From Chrysomallon squamiferum (taxonomy: Eukaryota; Animalia; Mollusca): a stretch of 64,000 nt of DNA. The position numbers were made by a program, and so were the translations under genes. Within the stretch, counting starts at the first letter, position 1; each line of letters opens with the position of its first letter. The notes under the pieces are model-generated. The model did no database searches. It had not been told where the DNA came from and was given only the letters and a program-made list of their open reading frames with translations. Shown here one piece after another: positions 1-14,148 of this stretch. The stretch is from contig CM022665.1 in the NCBI GenBank assembly GCA_012295275.1, forward strand, positions 36,456,001 to 36,520,000. Direction: 5' to 3'.

Positions 1-1108
1 TTATTTCTTTTATTTTTTTAATCAGATTTTTACTCTTATTTCATGTGTCGTTTCACTCAAGAAACATTAAAACGTATTAAGTCCCATCCTTGACCTAACA
101 GATTCACGAAAGTTTTGTTTCAAGTAGATGTTTCCTAACACGTCCACTCCACTTCAGAGTCGTAGCTAAACCCGCGCAGCCAAAGGCTTCGTAATAAAAT
201 CACAGTCGCAGAAGTCTTTCATTTGATGTATGAGATTAATTTCCTCCGTTTTGTTAAGTGCACTAGTAACTGAAGATTTGTGTTTAAGCTTTATTTGGCA
301 GATCCTCGCAGATCTGTACATGGAGATTTGCTTTACCAGTGACAATAGAGCAATCTTCAAAAGGCTGAATCGCGGTCATGGCTTCAGTATGATAACGATG
401 GCGATAATGATAAGGATGATGATGATAACCATAAGTATTATGATGATGTTGATGAAGATAATGATCGTAATGTTGACGATGTAGACTATAACAACAATAA
501 AAAAAAATTAAAGTTTCTAATTAATTTTACAGCAAACAAAATCAACAGACATACGTATAAGTTAGTAAGTGTATTGTGAAATGTTTTGTTTTGCGATGCC
601 TGATATCGTTATCTCACAGATTTTATCAGGCTTTGAACACGAGTACCGTCTGATGCCATTCCAAATGTCGTTCATAACGATTAACATTATTTTATAAGAA
701 CCTTTCTTGGTCTTGAAATAGTCATGAAATAATAAACAAATAAATTTGACAAAAATGACAGTCGAAGATATTGTGCCAATTATTTACTAACTGAAGTTTC
801 TTTATTTTTATTTTCAGTCAATAAATGACTGCAGTCTCTGTCAGTCAGTCACGTTATTATTTTCATATTTTTTACTTTTTATTTATTTGTTTTTTGTTTA
901 TTTCATTCATTTTAAATTATTATTATTATTTTTTTTTTTTTTTTTTTTTTTTTTTGTTATATTCATTTAAACTTTTTTATTTGTTTTTAATTATTATTAT
1001 TGTAATTTTTTAAATAATAAGTAATATGTTGTTGAATAAAAGAATATAATTAATTTGTACAGCCATATGTACACTTTAAACTGCAACAATTTTGTTATTC
1101 TCCTTCAG

Positions 1109-1444
1109 ATAATGTGTTTCACAGCTTTCTCCGTGGTGTCGCTGGTTACAGCAGTGGTGAGCATTCAGCTGCTCCGGCTCGGGCTCATCAACCACACAAC
1201 TGACGGCCACACCTTCCAGAAGAAGAAAAAAGACGTGCTCATCTTCATCGCTCTCGGCACCGCCGGCTTCGAGTGTTTGATATGTATAATTTCCACCGTG
1301 ATCAGCTGCCGAATTGCCAAGGTAGTGAAAGAGGAACTGTGCAAGCAAAGAGAAGGAATGTTTCACGTGAAGGTACTAGGTCAGAAAGACATTGTCGTTG
1401 TTTCCAAGCCCCTCACAGAAAAGGACGACCTCACAGCCGTGTGA
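1109..1444 (+). CDS. TMEM196: Terminal coding exon of a TMEM196-like (CD20/MS4A-like) multi-pass membrane protein; upstream exons lie outside the window
   Basis: Pyrimidine tract plus cag acceptor ends at 1108, then a phase-0 frame IMCFTAFSVVSLVTAVVSIQLLR...LIFIALGTAGFECLICIISTVISCRIA...LTAV* with two hydrophobic helices. It resembles recalled TMEM196 segments ([33 protein letters not shown]) and ends in a class I PDZ-type motif T-A-V. Confidence 0.6.
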   Translation: MMCFTAFSVVSLVTAVVSIQLLRLGLINHTTDGHTFQKKKKDVLIFIALGTAGFECLICIISTVISCRIAKVVKEELCKQREGMFHVKVLGQKDIVVVSKPLTEKDDLTAV

Positions 1445-1723
1445 ATCGTTTTCTATTAATTTGAAAACGATTTCCTAATCTTACCTTGCTTCACCTGGAC
1501 ATCACCACCTCGTCTCTTCCTGGCTTCAGTGTACTCCTCGCTTTAAATATAAATATATATATATATATAAATATATATTTATATACGTCACCTACCTGCT
1601 TTGACTGTCACCTTCTCCAACCAAAGTAGAAGCTTCAGAAAGACCTAAGGTCAGCCACCAGAAGTCGCTAGCGTAGAGAATTATTTTTAATTGAACATTC
1701 AAGTTTTGTTGTTTGCTATTTAG

Positions 1724-2035
1724 GATTTTGATGCCAATGTGGACAACACAGCAGATGACGACGATCTCGTTGTCGACGACGACTGCATCGACTTAGATGT
1801 ATTGACACCACGCACTGCTGAAAGAACTCAGAACCAAAGACCACCGTTAAAAGTTGAAGATTTCATTCGGGCGAGGGAAGACTCTGATCGTACGCAAAAA
1901 GTTTCAGATTCCGAAGATTTTGTCTCCGATACATCCAAAGCTATCGATACGATTACATCGGGTTTAATAAGCGATTTCAAATACCATGTAGATTTTAATG
2001 TTTTCGATTCAAAATTACCCAATATACAGTCATAA
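1724..2035 (+). CDS. Candidate alternative terminal exon of the TMEM196-like gene (acidic tail)
   Basis: Acceptor gttttgttgtttgctatttag ends at 1723. A phase-0 open frame DFDANVDNTADDDDLVVDDD...PNIQS* follows, with coding-like composition. In-frame AAG|GT donor candidates exist inside the previous exon (after 1321 and 1372). Confidence 0.45.
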   Translation, partial: DFDANVDNTADDDDLVVDDDCIDLDVLTPRTAERTQNQRPPLKVEDFIRAREDSDRTQKVSDSEDFVSDTSKAIDTITSGLISDFKYHVDFNVFDSKLPNIQS

Positions 2036-3194
2036 TGATAACATTTTAGCCGGGTGAAAACTGCTGTTTTTATTTGCTTCCAGCTGACAATATGGAGTGA
2101 GAAACTGTTTTAAAAAGTCTATATTAGACTTTGGCTCTTAGTTCAGTATTTATTAGAGGACCTTTCGATTTGTCTGAATACATTCATTACACGCTATATT
2201 CAAAACTATCTGAAAATAATTGTAAAGGAAAGATGTTTTCTGTAGCAATTACTACGATTTTCTCTTTTACGTACACTCACACACATTTCTAAACTCAGTG
2301 ACTTAAAGTTTACATTTCTGTAGCAGAGAACTTAAACTAGATGTAACATTTGTTAAAATAATGTCGGTAAGTGTGATTATGTAGAGTGAAATAGGAATAC
2401 ACTTTTGCTGTTGAAAAAATAGAGAAAAAAAAACCTATGTTTTGACTTTTGTTTTAAACCATATTTGTTGGTTTGATAAACAACAACAACAACAACAACA
2501 TATAATAATAATAATAACAATAATACTGCAGCAGCAATAGCAGCATCAACAGTTGTAACTGAAATAACAAAAACAACAACAACAGCGCAGCAGAAGCAGA
2601 AGCAGTAGTAGTAGTATTGGTGGTGGTGGTGGTGGTGGTAATGGTAGTAGTAGTAGCTTCAGCAGCGCTAGCAATAATAGTAGTACCATGACAGTAAAAC
2701 ATTTAGCTTAACCTCTATAGTTCAGTTACACTAAAAAACTGAATAAAATAGGATTTAATTTAACTGAAACAATAAAAAGATGCTAACACAGCTTCGACAT
2801 TTTTCAGGGTTTTGATTAACATAAACATACTGCGTTGAAAAATGATTAAGCTAATGAATATTATTTAAAATAAATGATAGCTTTTAGGTCTGAACAATTT
2901 TTAATATTTACAAAGTTTATATCTGTATTGATTCAAAAAGAAATTCTTTAGTTTAGTGTTAATGGTATTGATTTTTAAATTACCCTTTTCATAAGTATTT
3001 ATTTATTTATTTATTTATTTAAATAAATAATAATAATAAAAACAATAAAATAAAACAAAATCACTGCTATTTATAGACTAATTTTATTTTTGGACAAAAA
3101 ATGGGCATGCGCATAGAATTTTATTTAATAGTGGTACTTTGAAAAAAAAAAAAAACAGTATTATGTAGCAGCAACAACAATAACTACAACAACA

Positions 3195-3195
<1 letters not shown>

Positions 3196-3257
<62 letters not shown>
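3196..3257. repeat. (TAA)n microsatellite
   Basis: Perfect trinucleotide run. Similar (TAA/TTA)n runs occur near 5846-5896, 10711-10754, 28111-28171, 31105-31155, 43287-43416 and 48079-48134. Confidence 0.95.
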
Positions 3258-3458
3258 GTAGCAGTAAAATGAATGACTGTCTTTATATATCGGCTTTAGT
3301 TTTGTTGCATAAAACTGACGTGATTAAGATGTCACCATTGATGGTTTAAACACGTTTGTCGTGTTATTTTAATCAAGAAGCGTGAACTATCTTCCCAGAC
3401 AGAGAAACAGTCAGACAGAGAGACAGACAGAGAGAGAGAGATGGATAGACAGATATAG

Positions 3459-3564
<106 letters not shown>

Positions 3565-4021
3565 TACAAATTACACCACTGAAATATTTTGACTTAATCA
3601 ATAAACTGGAATTTGCACAGCTAAATATGTTTTGACCTTCGCTCTCTGACGTCAGAACGTTCTTTGTTAGTGACAAGAACTGGATTCTCAGACACATATG
3701 TCACACACTATTTTAATAATGTACGATTTCAGCAAATTAAAGAATTACTTCAAGGGATGTTGCACAAAATAACTGAAAGAAGAGGAGTAGTTGAAGATTA
3801 CATTGAGAATATTTGTTTACTTTTGCTTGGTTTATTTTTGTTTATGTATTTACATTTGCTGATACACATTTTAATGTTGTTATTGTTGTTGTTCTGCTGT
3901 TATTGAGTTATTGTTACAGGGTTGTTTTTTATTGTTGTTTATAGTGTGGGTTTTTTGGGGGGGTTGATACTTTCAGTTTTTATCTTTTAAAATGTATTTA
4001 ATATTATTAATTTATTATTTA

Positions 4022-4063
<42 letters not shown>

Positions 4064-4184
4064 ACACACACACATATACATATCAATATATACATACATA
4101 CATACACACCTACATACATACATACATATATATATATATACATATACATATATATAGATATGTATACATACAAACATACATACT

Positions 4185-4215
<31 letters not shown>

Positions 4216-5492
4216 TATTTTCTTTATTTATTTTTATCTTTTTATTACTTTAGGTCTCGAACCCGTCACTTGGCTCACTGTGTGTTTTGCACAAGTGAGA
4301 GTGTCTGTCGTGTTAACAGCAGTTAATATGTTAGTATTGATCGCGTTCGACTCGCCTGTGCGAGTTTCCTACAAAGTATCGAATAAAACTTAGAAAACCC
4401 ATAGAAAACAACTCAATTCGTTAACTGGGACAGAAATTCCAGAAAAATGCCAATATTGGAAAAGGTCACAGTATTATACTGATGGCTGTGAAAACATTTG
4501 AAAAAAAAAAAATAATAATAATAAAAAAAAAATATATAAAAAAAAATTTAATCACTCGGCTTAAACCAATTGGTCATTTTGTGTGACTTATTTTTCTTGT
4601 TCCAGTTTTTATTTATTTATTTATTATTTTTATTTATTTATTCATTTGTTGTTGTTTTTTTAATGGTTTTTCTTTTCATTTACCTAGTTTATCAAGTATG
4701 CCACAAAGAATAAACAAACAAACAAACAAACAAATAAATAAATAAAATAATAAATAAATAATGAAATAATGAAATAAATGAATATAAAACTAAAATTGCA
4801 ATTGCTGCAGTTTACCAGCAATATTTTTCTGATTTTCTTTTTCCATTACCAGGAACAGTTTGGAATTTCAGAAAGAGGGAATCAAGTCAACATTTATAAG
4901 AGTATATCTTTCAAAACAAAATACACTGACTTTAATAATACGAGGGGAAAAAAAAAAAACTAATTCATTTGCACTTCTTGGATCCATTTGTATATTCCTT
5001 CCGTATAATTTATTTATTTTCTATGTTATTCCCTCCCACCCAACCATCATCTCCGTTCTGGTATAACTAATCATAAAAAATAGAAAGTTATTGATTATAC
5101 ATTCTCTCATCAATATAAGACGGATGTGCTCTATATATCCATCAAAAGAATTTTCTTTTCGTTTATGTTCCTAATTTGTACATCGCTGTCAGCAAATTAT
5201 AATCTTTTGAAATGTTATCTGTACCGGAAAAAAATTACATCCATTAGGGTCGCGAAATGTCAATGGTATAATACATCTTCTCTCCACTGAACTCTGCCTC
5301 ATCTTTACAGAAGAAAGTCTTGGATTTTCTTGTATAAAGAGCTAACAAAACGTAATCCAGAACCAGGCTGGCAATATCCACAGAGTCTGCTCTAATCAGC
5401 GTGTAGATTAGATACTGCAGAGACAGATTTATAATGTAAAATAAAGATTTGGATTTTATCAGTCTTTAAAAAATAATAATAATAATAATAAT

Positions 5493-5526
<34 letters not shown>

Positions 5527-5845
5527 GACTTAGTCCATCACTATCGTCATAATACAAGCGACATTATAACAAAAACGTTAAGACGACGAAGTCAAAACAA
5601 TGCAGACATTAACAACAACGCAGCAACATGCAGTTCAGTGACGACAAAACGACAACAGCAGTAATAATAATGAGGAGAAGGATGATAACAATAAAGATAA
5701 CAACAATAACAAACGTTACCGTATTCGTCATCTTCCTCAAAGTCATCACCATGGCATAGATGACGTTCAGTCAACAAAACAGGTAAACGATGACAGCAAC
5801 AGTAGCAGCAACGACTGTAATGGTAATAACAACGACAACAACAAC

Positions 5846-5897
<52 letters not shown>

Positions 5898-6145
5898 CTA
5901 AAGAAAGAAAGAAAAGGAATCATGATTGTTATGATGATAATGAATTAATAATTACAGAAATAACAGTTTAAGATAATACATTTAAATACACCACAGAAGA
6001 ATACATCTCATGAATGTCATATTACAACAGTGTTAATTAATATCAGTTAGTGTTATAGTCTGTCCTAGGAGATGGAAACGTCTCAATATTAAAGGGAGGC
6101 AACCAGTGAAACAAAATGTATATCACAAGTTACGTTCCTTATGAA

Positions 6146-6252
<107 letters not shown>

Positions 6253-6974
6253 ATGTGTCTTTGAGTGTATTTGTGTATATGGTATATATGTTTTGAATTT
6301 GGAATGTATATCATTCATGTTAATGTAAGGTGCATGTGTATATACACAAATAGGTGTGAGTACTTGTGCGAGTGTGTGTGTGTGTGTGTGCTTGCGTGTG
6401 CGTGTGTGTGCTTGCATGTACGTGTATGTGCTTGCGTGTGCGTGTGTGTGAGATAGAGACCGTTGTTGTTGTTGTTGTTTTTGTAGCTGTTGTTGCTGTT
6501 GTTTTTGACAAACAATAAACTGCTAAGAAAAATTAGTCAACTCCAGTTTATTGTAAATAAAGTTTTAATTAAAACAAATTAGTATTTTTCTTTATTATAA
6601 ATATTTCACTAACTAAAAATCAACAAAAGCTGTATAACCGGTAAATAAATAAATCAGTAAAATTACGTAAATAAATAAATAAATAAACGAAAAGCAAAAC
6701 GTTTAAAAGAAAACTAACAAACATAAATTTCGTTCTCTATTTTATATTTAATGTTTTGGTGGGGTTATTGTTTCTTGCTAATGCCTATAATTCATAAATA
6801 GATACCATTCAAAATATCATAATATATGCATAGTGAAATATAATTAACTTCACATGTAACTGAACCAAACAAAGAAAAAGAAAAAAGAAAAAGAAAAATG
6901 AGCCCAACTTCGTAATCACAATGCTCGAGAATTATACTGCGTATATATCATTAACTTACATACCAGAAGTAACG

Positions 6975-7006
<32 letters not shown>

Positions 7007-8319
7007 GAATATGTACGTACATTCATACATACATATATATAATGTATAAAGTGTTATTATATTCAGTCACATATAATGTGAAGGTAATCACAGATGTAAC
7101 TACGTACAGCCGGAATGATTCATACATATATAACAATAATCGTACAAATATACATTCATGCACGCACGCATGCCCGCAGACATATGCATGAACACATATG
7201 CATTTTAAGCATAATACACATATATGCATACGTATCAGTCTATGTAAGTATATAAGTATGTACGTAATAATAATAACCGATGACTTCTTTTGTCTGTGTG
7301 TGCGTGCGCGAGTGAGTGTTATCATTTTATAATGAAATACATTTCATCAAAAACATTCTATTGCCAAAGAGAACATGCCCTTTACGAAATGCTTGATTTC
7401 AGTGATATAATGCTGAGTGAACTATATTTCAGATTCATTGGCTCTTTTCATTTATCTCACTTGAATATCACAGGCCATTCCACTGAAAAAACATATATAT
7501 AATATATCTCATATTCCGTAGGCCCTATAAATGTTCGTAGGAACTAGATTTTGTCCTCATTGATACCTCACTCTTGCCTCAGATACCAGTAAACAAATTC
7601 AATGCTTGATATAAGGAATAAGATAGATACATAAATATTACGAATTTTACCGAAATAATACAAAATTAATAATAGAGATTTTAGCATAAATCCGATTAAG
7701 AAGTACAGATATATGGTGCCTATAGTATTAAATACAGATTAAAAGAAAAGAAAAAAAAGAATGTTTTTATAAATGATTCATCACTTGAATGTCAGAATCA
7801 AATTGCATTTAAAAGCAATAAAGACAGAAATGTATACCAGATATAATATATAAGTGTACATGTGTATACATTTATAATAACATATATAAAATGGAAATGT
7901 GGAAACACTAATCATTCATATTGACATTTTTATACAGTTATGACTGTAGTAGAAAAATAAATTTTTCTGTGTGATTACCAGCTTCATGTTTCCACTTACA
8001 AAGTGTGTTTGTTCAGTATTTACAGTAACGGTTCTAATGCAATATGTCCAGTATGCATGTTAATAGAATATTTCCAGTGTGGATCCTTATTTAATGTTAC
8101 CACTCTGCAATCCCAGTTTCGTATTTCCAGTGAGAATGCTGCAAAAACTCACTACGTATCACAAACCATTATAATTATTTAAACTGGAATTTTGTTCAGC
8201 TAATTCAAAATTGTTTTATTCTCTCAAAATGTTTCTCTTTTGCATCGCTAAAGGGTTTTTAATGCAGCCTCATGCTGAAAAAGACGTTTTTGATAGAGAG
8301 GCTATCCGCCATTTCTACG

Positions 8320-10709
8320 TTAAAAATAGCCACAGCAATACCCTTCCTCCACGACAGGAGAGCTGGGTGTTATGCCGACCCGGATGCTAGTCGACTGCGA
8401 ATTAAACATGGTTCCTGAAACACTGCTGGTCAGTTCAGAGGCCATCGTGTAAAACGCTTGGTCAACGTTTGATGCGCTTTTTGCACTTGTTTCTAAATAT
8501 GGAATGCCAAGATCATCTGCATACATCTGTCAAAAAAGAAGATTTAAATATGATTATTTTAACAGTAAAACAACAGTCTTGTAGAACAATGATTAGTTAA
8601 AATGACATTAAACATACAATAGTAATAACAATTAATTTTCACTGATGTTTTTCTTTTGCAATTTTTAATTTTATTTTCAGAGCCAATACCTATATTCTTT
8701 TCGTTTTTTATTAAACCAGTAATTCTGTTCTTCCAAAACAGTTTCGTTAGTTCAAGAAAAAAACAGTCTCAGAACTTTAACAATAATGTTACTTCTACTA
8801 CTACGAATAAAAACAGGATAAAAATTCCTGTACTAATATATAGCTTGAACTAGCTACTATATCTAAGGAGTTCTGAACTAGGAAGCTTTCTTAAATGAAA
8901 CTGTCAGCATTTTAAGCATAATGCCCAAACTAATTTTGTACTGAGGTCTCGTTAAATATTCATTACTTCTGCATTTGTTTAAATCGCAAATGAAGTTTTC
9001 ATTTCACCTTTGCGGTAGGATAGCCGACTTGCCTCATGGTGTCTAGATCACATTTATTACCCACTAGTAACATCTTCGTCTTCTTGTCCACTTTCTGCCG
9101 TATCTCATTCAGCCAGATGCGTTGCAGATTCATGAAAGTGAGCTTGTACAAAAAAATTAAAAAAAAATATATATATATATAAAATTAAAAACGAGTACAT
9201 TTATTTGCAATATATGTAAATATGTGTGTGTGTGTGTGTGTGTGTGTGTATGCCCATGTTCAAAATACCTATATCAGACATACAACCAGTATACACCACC
9301 AAAACGCACAAAGACACACACTCGATACACACACATGAAATGCTTACTTGACGTGATATATCAAACACCAGGATAATGCCGTGTGCTCCATGAAAGACAG
9401 AACTGGAAAATGCACGAAATCTCTCTTGGCCTGCTGTGTCCCACTGAAAACGTTTTAAAAACTTTATAATTTTTATTTTTAAAGATTTAAAATTATGATG
9501 TAACAAAATGCGGATCGCAGTCTTTAATTAGTCCACAAGCAGGAAAAGAAAATGATGTTTAAAAAAATAATAATAATTTCTGTCACAGCTTAATTTTACT
9601 GTACTTTTCTCTGTCTGTAATTAAGCCTTGTATTGTTATTATTTTTATATCAACCATGTTGGCAGAGATTTTCTTTTAATTTGAATTTATTTATTTATTT
9701 ATTTTATTATTTTGTTTTGTTGTTGTTGTTGTTTTTTGGGGGGGTTGTTTTTTGTTTGTTTGTTGTTGTTGTTTTTTATTGTTATTTTTTTTTTTTTTTT
9801 TTAGCATACTAATTAATATGAAAGGTAAACTATAAAGCTTTTCAGGTTCTGAAACATCTGAAGTATATGGAATATGGCTCTTATGACAATAGTTTAACAT
9901 TTTATTCTTTCATTTTCCTTTCTTATTTAAATACACACACAGAGACACACACATATACACATACATCACACAAACACACACACACACGCATCACTCGCAC
10001 ACACGCACGCACACACACACACACTGTATATTAAAAGTAGGATGTGATAAAAACACAAGAAACATTTCATGATCTTTATGTTCCAACACAATTATTCCTC
10101 GCCTCGGTTTCAAACGAAATGAGGCGTTAAACTGAAGTGAACTCATTTTAACACTTACTATGACCAGCTTAACTCTGTGCCTTCCTACTTGTATTGTTTT
10201 TATTTTCTGTAAAAATAAACAAATAATTAAATAGACAAAGAAAGAAAGATAACAACGACCGAAAGAAATAAACAAAATACACAAACACTGACGCAAAGAA
10301 AAGGGAAATAATTTTAAAAAAAAGTATTTTTTTTTTTTTGAAAATCTATTAATTAATAAATGAAGAGCAAATATTATTGTTATTGTAATGTGATAATGTA
10401 ACTATATTGTTTTTGTTATTGTTGTTGTTGTCATGATTATTATTATTTACTAATTAATTATTTATTATTATTATTATTTAAATTAATTAATTATTTCTTC
10501 TTCTTCTTCTTCTTCTTATCATTATTATTAAATAATACAAGGATTGTCTGCATTTTGAATCGATTTATAATAAATCTGTAAAACCATTGGTAAGAAAAAT
10601 ACAGCATCAATGTGGCTAAATTCTACACTAATGAATGAATTGGAAGAGAATCGCTTACCCAGTCAATCGTGGTTATTTGATAGTGCTCGTTAAACGTGTC
10701 ATCCTAAAA

Positions 10710-10755
<46 letters not shown>

Positions 10756-13434
10756 TATAGATATATAAAATTAAAAAATAATTAAAAAATACAATAAGCT
10801 AATGTAAGTGCAATCATTTATTTCTCTATTTATTATAATTATTTCCATTTCTATCGATTAATTTTATATCCCAAACCTCCATACTCACATTTATTCATCA
10901 TTATAACAATCATTTTACATCCATGTAAATAATCTAATAAAAGTATTACTTATTTATTTATTATTTTATCTATCTACCCATCCATCCATCCATACTTGGC
11001 CGTAACTACACTGAGGCAAATGCCTGATACCAAAATTTACGATTTTTTTTTTTTTTTTTAAAAATCTTTTATTTAAAAAATAAAAAATATAAATCTCTAT
11101 TCCGATAGAAACAACATCCGCTGAATGAATTCGTTTGTGTCTACTGTTACCGTTTGAAGTTTAGCGACAACGTCGACTGCAGCGATGTGATTGATTTCAA
11201 AAAGAGGGTAGTTATGTTCATGCTCTCTGTCGAACTGTGTGTGTGACAAATAATACAGTGTATGTTCAATAGGAACAATGTGTACGTTATCGAGTTACTT
11301 GGTCACGGACGCGTCATGACCTACGTAAACAGTGTAACTGGTGGAATGGAAATTCTATTTATCAATGCACCTAACGTGTTTAAAAATAAGATTACACACT
11401 CACAGTTATGTTTCAGACCCTTTACATTAGCAGCGAGGGCTCTTTTACTTACACATTCCTGTACGCAGTCAGTACAGCTCATATAAATGCTTTTTCTAAA
11501 CTGTTCGTGAGCAGTTCTCTAACACTAAGCTGTTGCCCATTTGGTTGAGCTAATGAAGTTATTTGAACGTGAATGAAATAGAATGAGTATTGTTATGTGA
11601 GCAAAGGGTAAATGGGAAATAATGAAAACGAACAACATGTGAGTTAAAACACTTACTGTGAACCTTAGTAATAGAGATGACTTTCCAACGCTCGGATCAC
11701 CAATGACAACGAGCTTAAACATGTAGTCACTGAAATAAATAAATGAATAAATAAATACACACGTACGTATATATGTATGTATGTACGTATGTATGTATAT
11801 ATGTATGTATGTATATATGTATAAACATATATATATATATAAACATGCGTATACATACATACGTACGAACATAAATATGAAAATAAATAAATATACACAC
11901 ATACACAGATAGCATACACATAAATAAACATATACAAATTCATACATACATAAGTCGAATAAGTCGAACATGTCCATTTCTCTTTACATACGTATATAAA
12001 TAAATAAATAAACAAACAAACAAATAAGATTTGTGATTACTACTACTACTGTTGTTGTTTCTTTCTCCCAATAAATGACACTGCAATGTGCAGTCAGTCA
12101 AGTGTTACAGACTCTGCGTCATTTTATAAATTTAGGTCATGCAGATCAGCGAAGTGGGGAATATAATTTAGTTCCTCAGTGACACAGACGTGACAAAAAT
12201 AGGTTAAACGCTGGCAGTTTTTCAAACAGAAAGGAGGAAAACATGGTTGTCCCAAAATCTAAAATATTATTCAAGTAAATGTAAGAAGAGGACGACAACA
12301 ACAACAAAAAATGTCTTTTACACCCACAAGCAGTCGTGGAAGGAGTATGGGGTAAGGTAACTGCATATCAAATCGCTGGGGAATACAGTGCAAAGTAACA
12401 GAATGTCAAAGGTTAATCGGTAACAATTTGATATGAACACAGCCACATGATAGTGACACAAGCAAGTGACTGCATCGCCCTAGGCCAGAATGAATGGTTA
12501 AGAGTTGAAAATTACTGTAGTGTTTATTCCTGTGCTATTGTTGTTGTTTTGTTGGGGGTTTGGGGGTTGTTTCGGTGGGGTTCTTTTGTTGTTTTTGGGG
12601 GGGAGGGGTATTGATTTTGACAAGTTTGAGTGGAAAAGAATACAAATTGTAATTATATTAATATTAACGTTAGTTGTTTGATAACTAAGTTTAAGTCGTT
12701 ATTTTCTCTCTTTTTTTTCTGTTTGTTGTATTGATTTTTTGTGATTTTTTTTTAAAAAAAATTTCTCCCCTCTTAATTAATTAATTAATTAATTAATTAT
12801 TTATTTATTTATTTATTTACATTGTTATTGTTATTATTATTATAGTAATATGACCGACTCGTGAATCATGGGCAGAAAATAATGGGGGCACTGATAAGGA
12901 TAATTGATTTAAAAAATAAATATATTAATAAGGCACATAAATAAAAACACAGTTTTTATATGATGTTACATGGAGTATTGTATATACATATAATTATATT
13001 ATATAGCAATTCTAACTTGTGTTTGTGTAGCTGCCAGCCTATGTGTGCGTAAGATTTCATTATAATTTAATCTTTTATCTCTGTCTTTTTTCTTGTTTCG
13101 TATTTATTTATTTTCCAGCGGACCCAGTATTTCTATCTGTCTTTATATTTATGTCTGCATGCTCCCTCCATTCCCCCCACATATATATATATAAAAGTAT
13201 TTATTTATATATAAAAGAAAGACAAAAACTGAAAATGTGTATCCATCAGTCTATCAATTTATTATTATTATTGTTGTTGTTGTTTTGGTTGTTATTGTTA
13301 TTGCTATTGTTACTATTAATTAATTTATTTATTTATCCAATTATTTATTTTCCAGGAATGATGAACTACGGCGAAAACGTGAAGTTGGAAGACTGCTTTT
13401 TACAGGATATGAACGAAAACCGTTCGTTTACTTG

Positions 13435-13486
<52 letters not shown>

Positions 13487-14148
13487 TGTAAATATTTATT
13501 AGCATATTCTACCTTTTCGTGAATATTTTAAAAACTTCCTTTGTGTATTCTAATTTGATTTTATTCTCTTTTTATTTATTAATTAATTAATTTATTTATT
13601 TATTTTTGTGTGTGTGTGATGTTGACTTTGTTTTAGATGTTTTGCTTGTTTATTTGTTATTCGGTTGTTATGGTTTTGTTGTTGGTTTTTATTGAGTGAA
13701 ACATAGCAAATCCTAGCGTAAATAATATATCTATAAAAACACATGCATTAGGTTTTTTTTATATCTCTCTTGTTTAATTGTATAATTATGATGCAATAAA
13801 TATTACTGTTGATACATTTACATTTTCATTAAAAAAAAAAAAAATTCGAGTTTAAATTTTCATTCAGGTTTTGTTAGTAATGATAATTATTATTATATTA
13901 TTGTGTTGTTGATTTTTTTAATGCTTGTTTCTGATTCATTGAGCTGTTTTGTACTGTTTTGAATGCAGAGAACATAAAATATAAAAATCATATTCCATAA
14001 CTTATTTTAACAAGTATACCTTACTGTCAATTATATGCGTTGTTAGCTGGCCATTCTGCTATATAAATTAGAAGCTACATTTGTTTCCACCGTTCATTTA
14101 TACTTACTAATCAGCTGATAAAGAATGGTCGTCGAATTCGCCAGGCAT
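8320..14148 (-). CDS. Divergent Rab1-derived small GTPase, 7 coding exons, 214 aa
   Basis: Exons (-): 14148-14108, 11729-11657, 10703-10659, 10206-10159, 9443-9348, 9142-9008, 8526-8320. All introns are GT-AG with phases identical to the neighbouring Rab1. Protein: [162 protein letters not shown]...[10 protein letters not shown]1, G3, G4, G5 and a CCXXX prenylation motif are present. Confidence 0.9.

Noticed and set aside
13356-13435. Possible box C/D snoRNA or plus-strand exon (ttttccag gaATGATGA...)
   Set aside because: No box D or terminal stem at a suitable distance, no donor site, and it is antisense to the host intron.
14025-14054. Alternative first exon for the Rab1 paralog (ATG at 14054, donor at 14024)
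   Set aside because: ATG GCC AGC TAA stops immediately and the phase is wrong; exon 14148-14108 fits in phase 2.
8320-14148. Rab1 paralog as a pseudogene
   Set aside because: All seven exons are open, both indels are whole codons, and splice sites, G-motifs and prenylation cysteines are intact.
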